Assembly: GCF_964204645.1 (NCBI RefSeq)
Contig: NC_134025.1
Coordinates: 26,640,299-26,704,298 of the forward strand
Reading direction: 5' to 3'
From: Tubulanus polymorphus
Taxonomy: Eukaryota > Animalia > Nemertea
DNA: 64,000 nucleotides
The stretch's first letter is position 1; each line of letters opens with the position of its first letter. The notes under the pieces are model-generated. The model saw only the letters and a list, made by a program, of their open reading frames with translations, was not told where the DNA came from and did no database searches. Below are positions 1 through 12,906 of the stretch, piece after piece. A program made the translations under genes and the position numbers.

Positions 1-70
1 TGCCTGGTAAATTGGTGCCTTGTAAATTGGTAAATTTTAAACAGCACCCAATAAGGCCGAGTCTACTGTA
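1..70. mobile_element. Probable right end of a TA-targeting non-autonomous DNA transposon (MITE), truncated by window start
   Basis: Ends ...GAGTCTACTG|TA, i.e. a CAGTAGACTC-type terminal repeat followed by TA; left end is outside the window so the TIR pair cannot be confirmed. Confidence 0.3.
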
Positions 71-152
71 TCCTTTTAAAGCTTGACTGAAGCAGTTACT
101 TTATATGGAGCTCTGCCTTTATACATATATCATATATATTTTTTGTGTGTAG

Positions 153-3100
153 GACCTTTTAGATCGGTCAGCTCCACCTATTGACCATTATTGTGATCGA
201 TTTATTCCACCTATTGAACCCTGTGAACGCTTCCTTTCCCATATGCACCTATTTGATCACTCTGCTCCAAATAAAGACGAATTACGTAAGCAGGTAAGAT
301 ATGATCATTCAAATACTTAGCATTTTAAATCATTGAAACAGCAATTTGCCTCTTCACTTCTTGAGACATTTAGCTACTAAGCTACCTTACCTTTTATATC
401 TCAGTATCTCAATGGGTCTGCTCCAGAGAAATTTGCAATTGCGTGTCATATAAGGCATTAATTATTTAGATGTACAAGATTGAATTGGGCTTTTTTTCAT
501 ACGCATGCTGGATTACTATCAATTATGGACCTTATTCCAAGATCATTAAAAATTTCAAAAATTATCATCACATTTCAGGTAAAAATCTGTATAATTTCAT
601 TTTCTTCGATGTAATTTTTCATCATGAATGAATATTTTCTTTTTGTAAGAAACAAGAAGCGAATACGAAAAGAAAAGCCGCTTCATCATTACGCATAGAA
701 CCGAAGAAAGAACCCACAAAACGTGTCCTACCTTTACCTGCTTCACTTAGAAAACCAAAACGTACGTCAAATTTAGATTCGATTTCCAATTATCAATGAT
801 AATCTCTATCATTTCTCATTGTCGTAACTGTTTATTCGTAGCTCTTAAGAAGAGGGAAGAAGTAGTACTACAAGAACCTCATGCTAAGTCACCCAGTCCC
901 CCACTACCCGAACCTGATCTTACGGAAGGTAAATATGATTAAAACCGCAAATCGAAAATCAAGTTGAAAAGCGATGTTTCAATCTAAATGTGGTTATATA
1001 TTCTCAGCTTTGAGGGCAGATTTTCTGAAAAGATTCGGTAATGATGGTATTCAATTTACGGAAAATTCAAACGTAACATTTCAAAGTTATTGCCGTGCAC
1101 GCACTAGTGTCTCATTGCCCGAACAACCTGCTCCTAAAGGTAAGTCAGTGATTGCTTCTTCAAACGGTATCTAACGATTTGATCGTATGATCGGTTACAT
1201 TGTATAGAAAAGAGTTGCATGCATTACCGATATGTTAAGCATACATTTGATCGTTTCCAATTTATTATGAACTCTTTAGGGAAGCGCAAACTTAAATCAA
1301 GTGAGTTTCTCTTTCATGCATGTCTCAGACCTACTGTTTAGTTATAGTTAGTAGGAACGATGTTTTTGCATGCCACCAGTTTACATCAGTCCCATCTTTT
1401 ATTTATTACTTTCTCATTTATATCTCGCGTAAGGATAAGTTTTCTTTGATAGTTTTTGAGAACTTTTGGGCGCAGTAATATGAAATACATTTAATTTCTC
1501 CTGATATTCTAAGGCTCTGTCGAAGTCAAATGCATAATATTTTTGATGACAAATTTCCAGATTTCACCCTGCCAGTTACTTCGGTTACATCCTCCGTAAC
1601 TGATAAACTAATCAGACAACAACAGCAAAACCAGAAGCCTTTGTCACCATTATATATCCACGAAGATTGTTTGGTAAGTCGCACAAATCTATTAATTGAT
1701 AATCACTAACTTTTCTGAAAATATTTAGCTTCTTTAAAGTATATATTTATATATGTATGTATATTCTATATTCATTTAGATTGGCTTTTATTATCAAATT
1801 TTAAATGCTTTTATTACAACCGATGATTAATCAGGAAAATGGCAAGAAGGTTGAGATTTCACTCAGATAATCTGAATGACTGTTTAGTGATAACGAAGCC
1901 AGTTACTGAGGGTCTAGTCCGGGTATATATATACATGTCTTCATTTTTTGCACACGATACACAAAAAATCTTTTAATCATTATGCAAAAGTTTTCGAAAG
2001 TTTGAAAAAAATTACCTAATGAAAGTTCATCATCGAAGATTTAAACAGGAATTTATATTCTACTGTCAAAAGCATAAAACTTGAATATGAAGAGAAAGTG
2101 CGTGCGCACACACACAGATTATGATTCGCTATAGATATGCACAACAAATCATTATTTCAACACGTTTAGCACTAGTGTGGTGATGGGAACAGCACATTTA
2201 TACCTGTGACAAGTAACAAAACAAATATCATGCATCTTACTACATATAGGAAACAACAATTATAAAACAAAACAGATCTAATAAATTGAAATATGGTCGT
2301 TTTGCTTGGAGAAGTCCCTGTTCCAGTGCCAAAGAGAGAGGGAAACATATCAACATATTTCAGGTAGCAATCAGAGTAACAAAGTTTCTTTCATTACTAG
2401 ACACCAAATTGTTTCATAGATTTTAAGAGAATCGTGTTTTAAAGTACTTTGTACGTTCCACTTTTGATTTTATGTTTACTTTGGCTAATGGTGAAGAAAA
2501 TTAAATTTCAGTTTCAAAAGAATTTATTGGAGCATGATTAAGTAAATATTTAACGATTGATTTAGGAATGTAAACTTAATCCCTCAGCAGGAACTTTTTA
2601 CTTGAAAAGATTGAAAGCAGAAGCTTTTATCACACTGTGGTTGTTACAAGCAAGGCGTACTGTTTTTAAATTTTTGCCTGGATTTATTACTATTGGAAAA
2701 TAATCATGGATATCAAGATCCTAAAAGTATGATGGATTCGAATGAATCGTGTTAGTACCGGTAACTATATTACTGTAAATCTTCGACAGCTACTTTAAGG
2801 TCAATTTGATCTTTTTAGCCTAAAGAAACGATATATAAACCAGAAACACCGACTACAACTAATACATCACCTGAGCCGGCTGTAGAGTCAGCACCAGAGC
2901 CCGAACCACCAGAACCTGAGGTGGAACAGCCACTCGTCCAGGAACCACCACCAATACGCAAACCTCGAGGTGGAATTGTCAAAAAAGAACGCAAACAAAA
3001 AGTGAAAGTAGAAGCGAAGCCACCAACACCCCCACCACAAGCTCCGGTGTTTGATAGGAAAAAACGAGTTTCGTGGATTTTTGGAGATGATGGCGATTTT

Positions 3101-5873
3101 AACGATGAAGGTAATGATTTCATTTCGAGCTAAGTCTTATTAGGTTTCAGGTGCAGCACACTGAGCTTGCATCGTAAACTATCTATATTAATTACATTTA
3201 CATTTTACTTCCCCTCCTTAGATTTCCAACTGGACATAAATGGTAGGTCGGGTGTGTTTTAAATTATTCTGCTCGTGTACATGTCACTTGCTTCGCGTTC
3301 TTCTTTTCTCTAGTTTCATTTTGTGTTGTTGTGTTTGCTCTTCGTGTTCTTCTTGTAGATTTTAAACCTTACACATAAACAAGTGCCGAACCACTAATGC
3401 TGTGCATGAAATTAATTCTTGCCAATATTGTTAAAGGTCCTGAGATTAAGAAAGAAGAGACCCCGCCAAAGACACCAACCCCTCCGCCAGCTACACCCAC
3501 ACCAACTCCACCACCTGAGGTAGAACTACCTGAAATTCAAGTTGAGGATTTTGTCGAACAGGATGAAGGTGAAAAGAAACCGAGATGGGGCAGCAAAGTT
3601 CGTGATACATCATTAGCGGATGAATTGCGTAGACAACAGTTAGCCGAGGAACGAAGACGGAAAGCTGCTCTGTGGTTCGAGAAATTGAAAAACCGTAAAA
3701 ACAAAAATGGTGTCGAGGTTGAATATGACTCAGATGATGAAAATGGCCCAAATTTTGATGATTGTAGGTTATTTCATTCACTATAACTCTAGTAAAATCC
3801 ATTTCTAAGATGAGGTAGTATGGATTGTATATTGTGTGTGCTTCTTGTCATTTCAGATAGCTTCTTATCCAAATATTGCATTTTTAACAAAGGGAACTTA
3901 GCCATGTACAAAAGAGCATATGAAGCGGTAAGAATATTTCTTTCGGAGATTTTCGAATTTTTTTTATATTGGTTTTAGTTATTGAATTATTTGATCTATT
4001 TTCTTCGTGTAGGTAGTTTCAGCTGATAATGGTAGTTTATCGTTTGAGGAATCTATGATGGGTCTTCGTGGTGTCAATCCCCGACTGACAGATGTAGAAG
4101 AAGAATATCTATACAGAGTAAGTGCAGATTTATAGGAGTGATCCTTAGATTATCAGAGATGTAACTAATCGAATCTTAATCTCTCAACAGATTCTTGATT
4201 TATGTGGTTACAATGTTACTGATGGTGCAGATTTCAAGCTGTTTTCTGTGATGTGTGCTCTGTCTCAAAAACTGTCCTCCGTTGAGTAAGTTTAGTATAG
4301 AAGTAATTATATCATTGTAGTAATATCATGTCCATGTTACTTTTTATGGATGGTCTATTAATCTTTCAGTCAATGGATGAAGAATATTATTGGGCGTGTT
4401 GATTTCAAAATGTTGGATATGAAAATGTTCATGTGTCGGGTATGTTATCATATATTGGCTCTAGTTCTACTGACGCATCAATATTCTAGTTGTTTATATG
4501 ACATAATTATGGTGGCTGATAAGGGCCATAGCGTAAAATTCCTGGTATGTAAATGAGGGCGCCAGAACGCCAGAACGCCAAAACGAAAAAAAACGTCCAA
4601 TTTTCTCTAAAAGTTCGTTTTGGCGCGCCAAAACAACGAATATTCCGTTTTGGCGCCCCCGCCAAAACGAACTTTCATTTTGGCGCCCCCGCCAAAACGA
4701 ACTTTCGTTTTGGCGCCCCCGCCAAAACAACGAAAAACGTCGAAATTTCTCTAAAAGTTCGTTTTGGCGCGCCAAAACAACGAATATTCCGTTTTGGCGC
4801 CCCCGCCAAAACGAACTTTCATTTTGGCGCCCCCGCCAAAACGAACTTTCGTTTTGGCGCCCCCGCCAAAACAACGAAAAACGTCCAATTTTCTCTAAAA
4901 GTTCGTTTTGGCGCGCCAAAACAACGAATATTCCGTTTTGGCGCCCCCGCCAAAACGAACTTTCATTTTGGCGCCCCCGCCAAAACGAACTTTCGTTTTG
5001 GCGCCCCCGCCAAAACGAACTTTAAACCACGTAAAATAATTCTATATATACGTAAAATATTTTCATTTATGCAAATTTATGCAAATTACACACAAGATCA
5101 ACGCGCCAATTTGAAAAATAATTTTACTCTGGTTGAATGCTTGTTTTGGCGGGGGCGCCAAAACGGAAATAACCGCGCCAAAACGAACTTTTCTTTGTTT
5201 TGGCGCGCCAAAACGAACTTTTAGAGAAAATTGGACGTTTTTCGTTGTTTTGGCGGGGGCGCCAAAACGAAAGTTCGTTTTGGCGGGGGCGCCAAAATGA
5301 AAGTTCGTTTCGGCGGGGGCGCCAAAACGGAATTTTCTTTGTTTTGGCGCGCCAAAACGAACTTTTAGAGAAAATTGGACGTTTTTCGTTGTTTTGGCGG
5401 GGGCGCCAAAACGAAAGTTCGTTTTGGCGGGGGCGCCAAAATGAAAGTTCGTTTCGGCGGGGGCGCCAAAACGGAATATTCGTTGTTTTGGCGCGCCAAA
5501 ACGAACTTTTAGAGAAAATTGGACGTTTTTTTTCGTTTTGGCGTTCTGGCGTTCTGGCGCCCTCATTTACATACCAGGAATTTTACGCTATGGCCCTTAT
5601 CAGCCACCATACATAATGGGTATCTGATCACTTTCATTTCAGACACTCTGGGAATGTAACGTCGATCATGAAACAAATACAATTCCTCTGCATCAGTTAT
5701 GTGTAGAATTGAGAGCTGGTGGAATAAGCGCTTCACATGAACTGGAAGTTCGTGAAAAACTTAGTCATCTACACGCATTGGATTTACTGGACTTTTTAAC
5801 ATATATTCCATTATTCCTGATGATACATTGTAGCGTTGTGGACAATCCATTAGATGACAGTCGTGACAAATAA
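153..5873 (+). CDS. Multi-exon uncharacterised protein (5' end outside window): Pro/Glu-rich low-complexity region plus C-terminal EF-hand-like helical domain
   Basis: GT-AG exons join in frame (e.g. 153-293, 21-nt micro-exons 1280-1300 and 3222-3242, Pro-rich exons ~2819-3110 and ~3437-3766, final exon 5643-5873). C-terminus DSFLSKYCIFN...ADNGSLSFEESMMGL...ELRAGG...LDLLDFLTYIPLFLMIH..VVDNPLDD* (TAA 5871-5873). No gene name recognised. Confidence 0.8.
4508..5611. mobile_element. Non-autonomous foldback DNA transposon with long internally repetitive inverted arms
   Basis: Termini TATGGTGGCTGATAAGGGCCATAGCG... / ...CGCTATGGCCCTTATCAGCCACCATA are exact inverted repeats; flanked by direct repeat CATAAT (4502-4507, 5612-5617). 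Arms consist of ~30-bp units in 144-bp higher-order repeats; AT-rich spacer ~5023-5143. Lies in intron 4440-5642. Confidence 0.92.
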
Positions 5874-6157
5874 ACCGAACTGTAGATATTTTAAATTATA
5901 AAATCACATCAGTGATTCAAGTCATTATAACTGAATATCTAGTCCAGTTACGACTTAATCATGTTGCAAGTGCTTTTGTATAGTCTCTTTAATATGAACT
6001 CATTAGAATCTATGAAACGCTCCAATGATTGTGAACACTCCTGCCGCTGTGATAATCCTTCCTTGTTTTATATGCACAACGATGAAATAATAAAATCAAT
6101 CATATAAAAAGATTTTTTTTTATTTTCCTAAATTCGACACAGAATCATCAATCACTG

Positions 6158-7097
6158 TCAATCATTCAGTAATAATGAAGGTTTAAAGTTTGTGTAGCAG
6201 AAAAACGTATTCGACAGTTTATTCGAATGTTTCGGTAAAAATCCACACGGAGTTACCCCTAATAAACTCTTAGCAGAATCTTCCATTATCGCACCTGAAA
6301 AAAGAGAAACGTCAAATAGTGAGATAATTTGAAGTCCAAAATAATCCTGAACCAAAATTAATTGACTCGATTTAACCCAGAACCAAGGAACTGGTACTTG
6401 CCTGTACAGAGAATGATCTTATCCTTGGCCATGAATTCTATTGATTGTTTGACTTTTTCGAGACAAACGTCTGTCAAGAATGGTGGATCGGCCACCACAA
6501 TATCTACCTGCCCCTGCAGGTTAGATGGCAGTCTACACGGTTCGTTATAATCATAGAATATAAAATCCTGTCCATATTTTGCGAATCTTTTATCATATTC
6601 CAAAAGAGTTATTGAATCGACTACAGGATTCAGTTCCTTCAGTTTCTTATACACACTGGGAGAACTTAAACAAACTATCCTATATAAGGCAAAAGAAAAA
6701 AGTTTAGAAGGTTGATATTTTAATCCCTTATCATTGAGAGAACTGATAATTCATTGACTACAGACATACTTGCCATGTTCACCTGCTACAGCTATTGCTT
6801 CCTTTGCTAACTTTTCTGACGTGTCGTCCTCATACCAAAATTGACTTAGTTGCTGAAAAAACGTACAGGGAAAGGTTGGTTCAAGATGAATACAACGAAA
6901 ATTGATCACATGTCGTGTCAACAAGGAAAATATTATAATTGTAATCTGCATCAATTAACGATTACCCAATCTTCTGAAGGCATACTCGTTGCATCTTCGA
7001 TATCTTGCGATTCCTGCACCTGTTTTTCCGTATAGAACTGTTGTAATGCTGCTAGAGTTGCAGCGGACAGCTGTGGTACATCATCATCGTCTTCCAT
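6158..7097 (-). CDS. EEF1AKMT1: EEF1A lysine methyltransferase 1 (N6AMT2)
   Basis: Spliced [24 protein letters not shown]...EDW/QLSQFWY...LLEYDKRF...FIFYDYNEP...[10 protein letters not shown]...ILCTG/AIM...[18 protein letters not shown]; these motifs are diagnostic of the family. Confidence 0.93.
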
Positions 7098-8930
7098 TAT
7101 ACAAACTAAAAGGAAACTCAGTGGAATTATCAGTCTTATCATGTAATAAAATCTATTTGAGTTTTACTTTACAATTGACAAAATATCCACTTTCAACTTT
7201 TACAGTTCGATACACTTTTCCCTCGGCCGGCAGGATCGGGGAACATTGAGGGGGAGTAGCTTTTCAACAATAGAATACATTCAAGTTATGTGGAATACCA
7301 GAACTTAAATTTGGTTAATAAGTCACATGTTGATACTTACGACTTCATAAATCAATCAAAAATGATTGCACCGGATCATTGATATCGGAGCCGTCCCGTT
7401 CAGTATAACCCGGATTTGGACTTTATATCCGAGCTTTACACTTATCTTCACCGCCGACGTGTTGCCTGGCAACGTTGTTTAAATATGGCGCCTTGTGGAC
7501 TGGGAAGAACGAATGAAATGTAAATTTTATGCTCTCAAGAAAGTGTCGATGATCTGAGCGAGTTATTGCAGTTTGAGTTCTAGTGGAGGGTAAAGAAAAA
7601 ATGATCCATGTCAAAATGATTTATGACATTTTGAATTAAAGTAACAAAAGAATACTGGAGACTGGATGGAGTGGAACAAGTCAATCCAAATCAATCAAGA
7701 ACGAAGTTTCAATTTCAAATGAAAAAATCACCACAAATTTCACGTCACAAACGAAACCAACGAAGAAAACAATTGTTAAAAATCCTTATTTTGGAAAAGA
7801 AGATAATTCAAGGACTTGATTAAGACCCTTCAATTTCAAATATTGATTCAAATCACACTCACAGTAGTGGCGTTGCTGTTGGAAGTGCAGTGATTTACCG
7901 GAATGAATGACATTTTTTTCTTTTTTGAACACTACATTTTGAAATTGAAGTAAATTCGCTGAGGAGGTAACATATTAGAACCAGTCAGAAATCGGCAATT
8001 GGTCGCAGCAATCAAAATTGCTTCCAACGTGCCTGGATCACAGTGAAGCCTAAATAAGCCTAGTACCGATGAGATTGATTAAAATCATCATTTTTTTAAG
8101 TCCTCGCCCCACAACAAAAGTAAAAACCTGTCAAATAAAGTTCCCTTCTAAAAGCTTTGTTTGTAATATCATAAATTCCTCCATTGAAATGCGGAAAAAT
8201 GCGCATAGAGCAGTTCAACCTAAATGTAAATAAATCACTATTTACATATGTTTTAGTTTAAATGTTTAGATTATGGAATTGAATTCTAGTTGGTCTCAAT
8301 ATTAACCACACAATCTCCAGCTAATACATTTAATAGTAATGGGTACCTGTATAAGTAAGAGAAGCACTATGGTGTGGACTAAAGAGGAGTTTCAAGCTCC
8401 TGTAACAGGCACTGTGTTATATTTAGCTCTCGAGGAATCTTGGGACGGCATTGTTAGTAAGATTTTAGCATTTGACGTAGGTTAGAATTCCATTCCTTTT
8501 TTGTGGTACACAACATTTTTGTGTGGAGTTTCATAAGAACCTAGCAACCAGCTATACAAACAATAGAAAATTCATTGATTATTTATCTTGTTCTCGTAAT
8601 TGTAATTGGATTCTAATGAGATTCTAATTAGATTAATGCTATGAATAATAGATTTGTAAAAAAGTTAATGCGAATCTTGTTCAAATTTCCTCAGTCATTC
8701 ATTCAGTTTCTCACTTTTATCATGGCTGGAAAACTTGGCGTAGGTTTATTTGATCAGCCTCTTTTTATTCAGGTTATTCCTAGTTTTAAAAGTGTTTTGA
8801 GAGTAAGTTTCAAGTTAAGTCTTGAACTCTGTGTGATGCTTCATTGACTGAATTTAGATTGATCTGTAGTACATTTGATGCATCAAATTCATTTCAGGTA
8901 AAGTTCCCATCTACGGATATAGTTGGAGCC

Positions 8931-10915
8931 ATGAAAGCTGAGACAATCATCCTGCAAGGACACCAAAAGGTGAAAAAGCCGAAATATCAACGGAAGGGAA
9001 GTGTTATACAAACTCTAGTCCAAACGCCTTTGAAATATGTGCCAAAGTTTACACCAACAAATCTCCTGGAACAGAAGGAACAGTTTCTTACATCTGGCAT
9101 TGTGCCAAAATTCAATTTCAAAGGATCTCAGGAAGCAATTGAAAAAATTATCTCTACAAAAAAGGCTGAAATTCGATTCACATATATGGCAGAAGCCAAA
9201 AAATGCCTTGATCTTACAAAGGAACAATTTGGAAGTGTAGATACATTTGTTGCTGAAGCATATGGAAAACGAATTAATCATTTGGAAGCATCGGCTTACC
9301 TCGCTCAATATTTGACAGATCATAATATTGAAGGATCTATGAAAATAGTTTGGAGTCCTGATTTGGCTTGCAGGTAAATTTTGTTTTAGAGAGTTAGCCA
9401 ATCTTTTTTCCTGTTGATGATACTTGCTAAATGAAATTTGTTATTTCCAGTGCACAGATGTGTTGGCAAGGACCAAATATCCGATATAATAAACCAGAGG
9501 CCCGGAAATATACTTTATGGATAAAAAACTCATCGGAAAACACTTTATTAAGGGAACACGGCATAAAGGGTCTTGCAGATCATGAAATTGGCACTCATTT
9601 TGTATCTTTTTGCAGAACAGAAACTCAATCAAACCTAGTCAGATCATTTTAAATTTCAAAGTTATCAAATCCCGATATAATTTGAGGTCTACATAGATGA
9701 TTTTAAAATGCGAAATTTAATCCGGATTTTTCAAATCCCAGTACTTCTTTTTTTACCGTATTTTCTTCCTTAACTTAAAATATTCAGTTTAGAAATTTGA
9801 ATGATGGTTTCCAGCCATGGTTTTCTGACCGTAAGAAATTTGGGCTAAAAGGACTTCAGTCGAAAACTTTACAATGTACAGAAGAAGGGATTGCGACGAT
9901 ACACACACTGTTGAGTGCGCAACATCATTTCCTTGCTGTTTCTGCATTGACTTACTGTAATTAATTTTCAATTCTTCAGATTCTGCGAGTTTTCATGAAT
10001 TCAATCACATTAATGATTCAATTACATATTTTGATAGACACAGCATGTATGTCGACAAAAATGAAGTTTCGCGAATTATTCGACCATTTGCAGCAGTATG
10101 TCATCGATCCTGAACAGCGATGGAAGCACGTGATGAGGGTGAAACGTGGTTTAGAAGATCCGGATGAGATGGGCGGATATGGGAAAGATCAGTGCTATTT
10201 TGAGGGTACAAATCGTTCTTTTCGATCAGTTGATATTCAATATTGAATGAAATTTTTTTCTTTTCAAATTAATGTCATTTCATTGACAGGTGCTGTCGAA
10301 ATTCTTCGTAATATTGACAAAATTGACTTCACGATGTTAATGAGTGGAAAAGTGTGTTGGAAGGATATACCGCGTATCAAGCGAGTTGTGCGCGTAGACT
10401 GCATTAAACTTCCGCAGTTGATGCGAAATCTCGATAAGTACAAGAAAAAACTGAGGGAGGTGGCGAGGATTAATGGTATTGCAACATACACGAAACCTTG
10501 CGTGCGGAAATCTAGTCGAACGAAACGCACCAGTAAAACAACTATACCAGTGAATAATGAGAATAAAAGGAAAAACTCGGCTGTCTCGGTTAACACTACG
10601 AAACCTGTCAATTTTTCTCCACAAAAAGGTATTATCAACCTCAGTTAGAGATATAAACAATGATATTCTCATTTTAAGATAATGCAATAATCAATACAAG
10701 TTCTTCTCATTACAGCTGCCCCGACGAGTTGTACCAACGTGCATAGTACTACGAACAAACTATATGATAGATTTACTAAAGCCGGTGATACAGCGGCATA
10801 CTCGATTCAACAAGCTTTACTCGACTCTGGACGAAGATTGATGCGCAGAAGTAAAATACCCGCTAACAAACTACAGGAAATGGCAACTGGTCAGCTAACG
10901 ATGGTGAAAGCTTGA
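8931..10915 (+). CDS. MATCAP/KIAA0895-family tyrosine carboxypeptidase (HExxxH metalloprotease); true start uncertain
   Basis: P.NLLEQKEQFL..G..PKF; GLADHEIGTHF/FRNLNDGFQPW; CTEEGIATIHT; LFDHL..YV.DPEQRW.HVMRVKRG; YGKDQCYFEG/AVEIL; IDF..LMSGKV. Upstream 7600-8900 not resolved. Confidence 0.85.
9602..9787 (+). other. U12-type (minor spliceosome) GT-AG intron
   Basis: Donor GTATCTTTT (near U12 consensus GTATCCTTT), branch site TTCCTTAAC at 9766-9774 just upstream of AG, no polypyrimidine tract; splicing restores HEIGTHF-FRNLND frame. Confidence 0.85.
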
Positions 10916-11547
10916 TCAGAATTTGTTCATGTTTTAGTAAAATGTTTATTTCAAAGATTTATAATAAATTTAAGTATATACCGGTATTTGTTTGTTATAA
11001 AGTCTAGGCTACATGTTGACAAATGAGTTTGTTTGTATACTTATGTTGATGTTTTGATACTTTTTGTATACAATCTTTACTATGTACTTATAAATTCACA
11101 TGTTTTAAATCAAGTAAAAAGCAACTGTTTGTGAAGTATTATTACACGTTAAAATCATGCTCAAATCACCGTCACTGAAGACATCACTTGTATTGACACG
11201 TAGAAACTTAGAGTTTAATAGTATCATTGGCCATTTTAGTTAGCATTTATTTAATACCTGTATGTCAGTTATTGTTGGCTTTAATCTTGAATAAAGTTAG
11301 TGTTTTTAAATTCTTCTTATCTTCATTCACGATATATTTTCCAATGAAGGATAAACAGCAGTATCACCACAGAATGAGGAATGAATGGAATTGAGGAAAG
11401 AGGACATTTCTATCTAATGTTTCTTTATTAATGTGTAGCTACAATTTCAAAATACTCTTAGACACATTTCGTTCGACACAACAATTGTATTCCTACATAT
11501 TGAGCGCAACTTTGATAGTGTTCTGACACCGGTTCATCTTGTTTCTT

Positions 11548-12906
11548 TCAAGAGACTGAATCTGTTTCAATAAGTCTTTTTTGAGCAACAATAGCGTAAC
11601 TGATTTCCTTACAACTAGACCACGACCATCGTTCTGTAATCGGGTTGTACACAAGTCCATGCACGAGTTTGATATCCATTCCATCTGAAATTATTCAATA
11701 CTTGTTCCTTCAAAATCGCTCATAAGAACCTAAACCAAGCAAAATATATTCAGTGCTGCATAGACTTACATTCTACAAATGATTTTTTTAGCTCTTCTAT
11801 TGGGATAAATTTTTCATATTCATGAGTTCCCTTAGGTAGAGTTCCTAATATATATTCAGCCGCAATGATTCCCAAAGCATATGATAATGGTGTCTTATTT
11901 ATCGTTGACATAATAACCATTCCACCTGGCTGAAAAATTAAAGACATTGGCTACAGAATGTGGCTCGCATCTTTTCCTCAGTTCCATGATTCGCTAATAT
12001 ATATCGGCTCGCCTACCTTAACTAAATCACAGCACATCTTAACAAAATTCTGTTGATCTGTTACGTGTTCAATGACTTCTGATGCCACAACAGCATCAAA
12101 TTTTTCACATTCAGTAAGAACTAAGTCTTCCAGTACACCGTGTACGTATTTGATATTATGAGCTATTTCTGGATCTGTTTTGGCATGTCGCTGTGCCACA
12201 TCAATACCGTCTTTCCCCGCATCTAAACCTAACACAAAAGCACCTAATCTTGCAAGTGGCTGAAAGAAATGAAATTCTTTAATTGGAAACCTAAGTCTAT
12301 GGAGGTATTCCATAAAAATGGGTAAGAATGTGTTCACAAATTTACCTCTGACAAAATACCCCCACCACATCCAACATCAACAATCCATTTGCCTTCCAAA
12401 CACTTCTCGATGTTTTTATCGCGATCAGGTCGTAACGCATCGCGCACCAATGGTACACGTAACTCATTCATTTGATGGAGAGTTCGAAGAGGACCGGAAG
12501 TATCCCACCATTTTTCTGCTAATTTATTAAAACGATTGATTTCTGCTTCATCGAGGGTGTCCACAGTTGGTCGGTGTTTGTGTTGTTGATTATCAGCGGC
12601 AGCAAAAACACTCGCAGAGTAACAGAATCTGAAAAGGAAGATCAAACTTTGAATAAACGTTCTGAAGGTGGGAAGTGTTTAAAATCATGCAGGCTATCCG
12701 ATCAATGAGGAACAGAACTATAAAATGATTCGACTTAACCACCTGCATCTATCGACACTACCTGCTGGCTACCCAACTCTGATACGAGCCCCGTCTGTGA
12801 TGAGTAAAACTTACAGCTTTTTCGATATATCTTCATTTCGGAGATATCTATAGCTCTCACCGAGCACCAATCGTCTTAAACAATAAGTCCGTGTTAGTAT
12901 TGACAT
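11548..12906 (-). CDS. COQ3: Ubiquinone biosynthesis O-methyltransferase, mitochondrial
   Basis: EINRFNKLAEKWWD..GPLRTLHQMNELRV; VDVGCGGGILSEPLARLGA; FDAVVASEVIEHV; STINKT..SY.LGIIAAEY; PKGTHEYEKFI; YNPIT.RW. Arg-rich presequence-like first exon from ATG 12906. Confidence 0.93.

Noticed and set aside
68-77. GTATCCTTTT, a perfect U12 donor sequence
   Set aside because: Overlaps the transposon-like end CTG|TA; no upstream exon or U12 branch site found.
4494-5616. Four repetitive ORFs (FGAPAKTN / WRGRQNE) and CRISPR-like look of the repeats
   Set aside because: By-products of the 30/144-bp repeat in an intronic foldback; no unique spacers, no cas genes, eukaryotic context.
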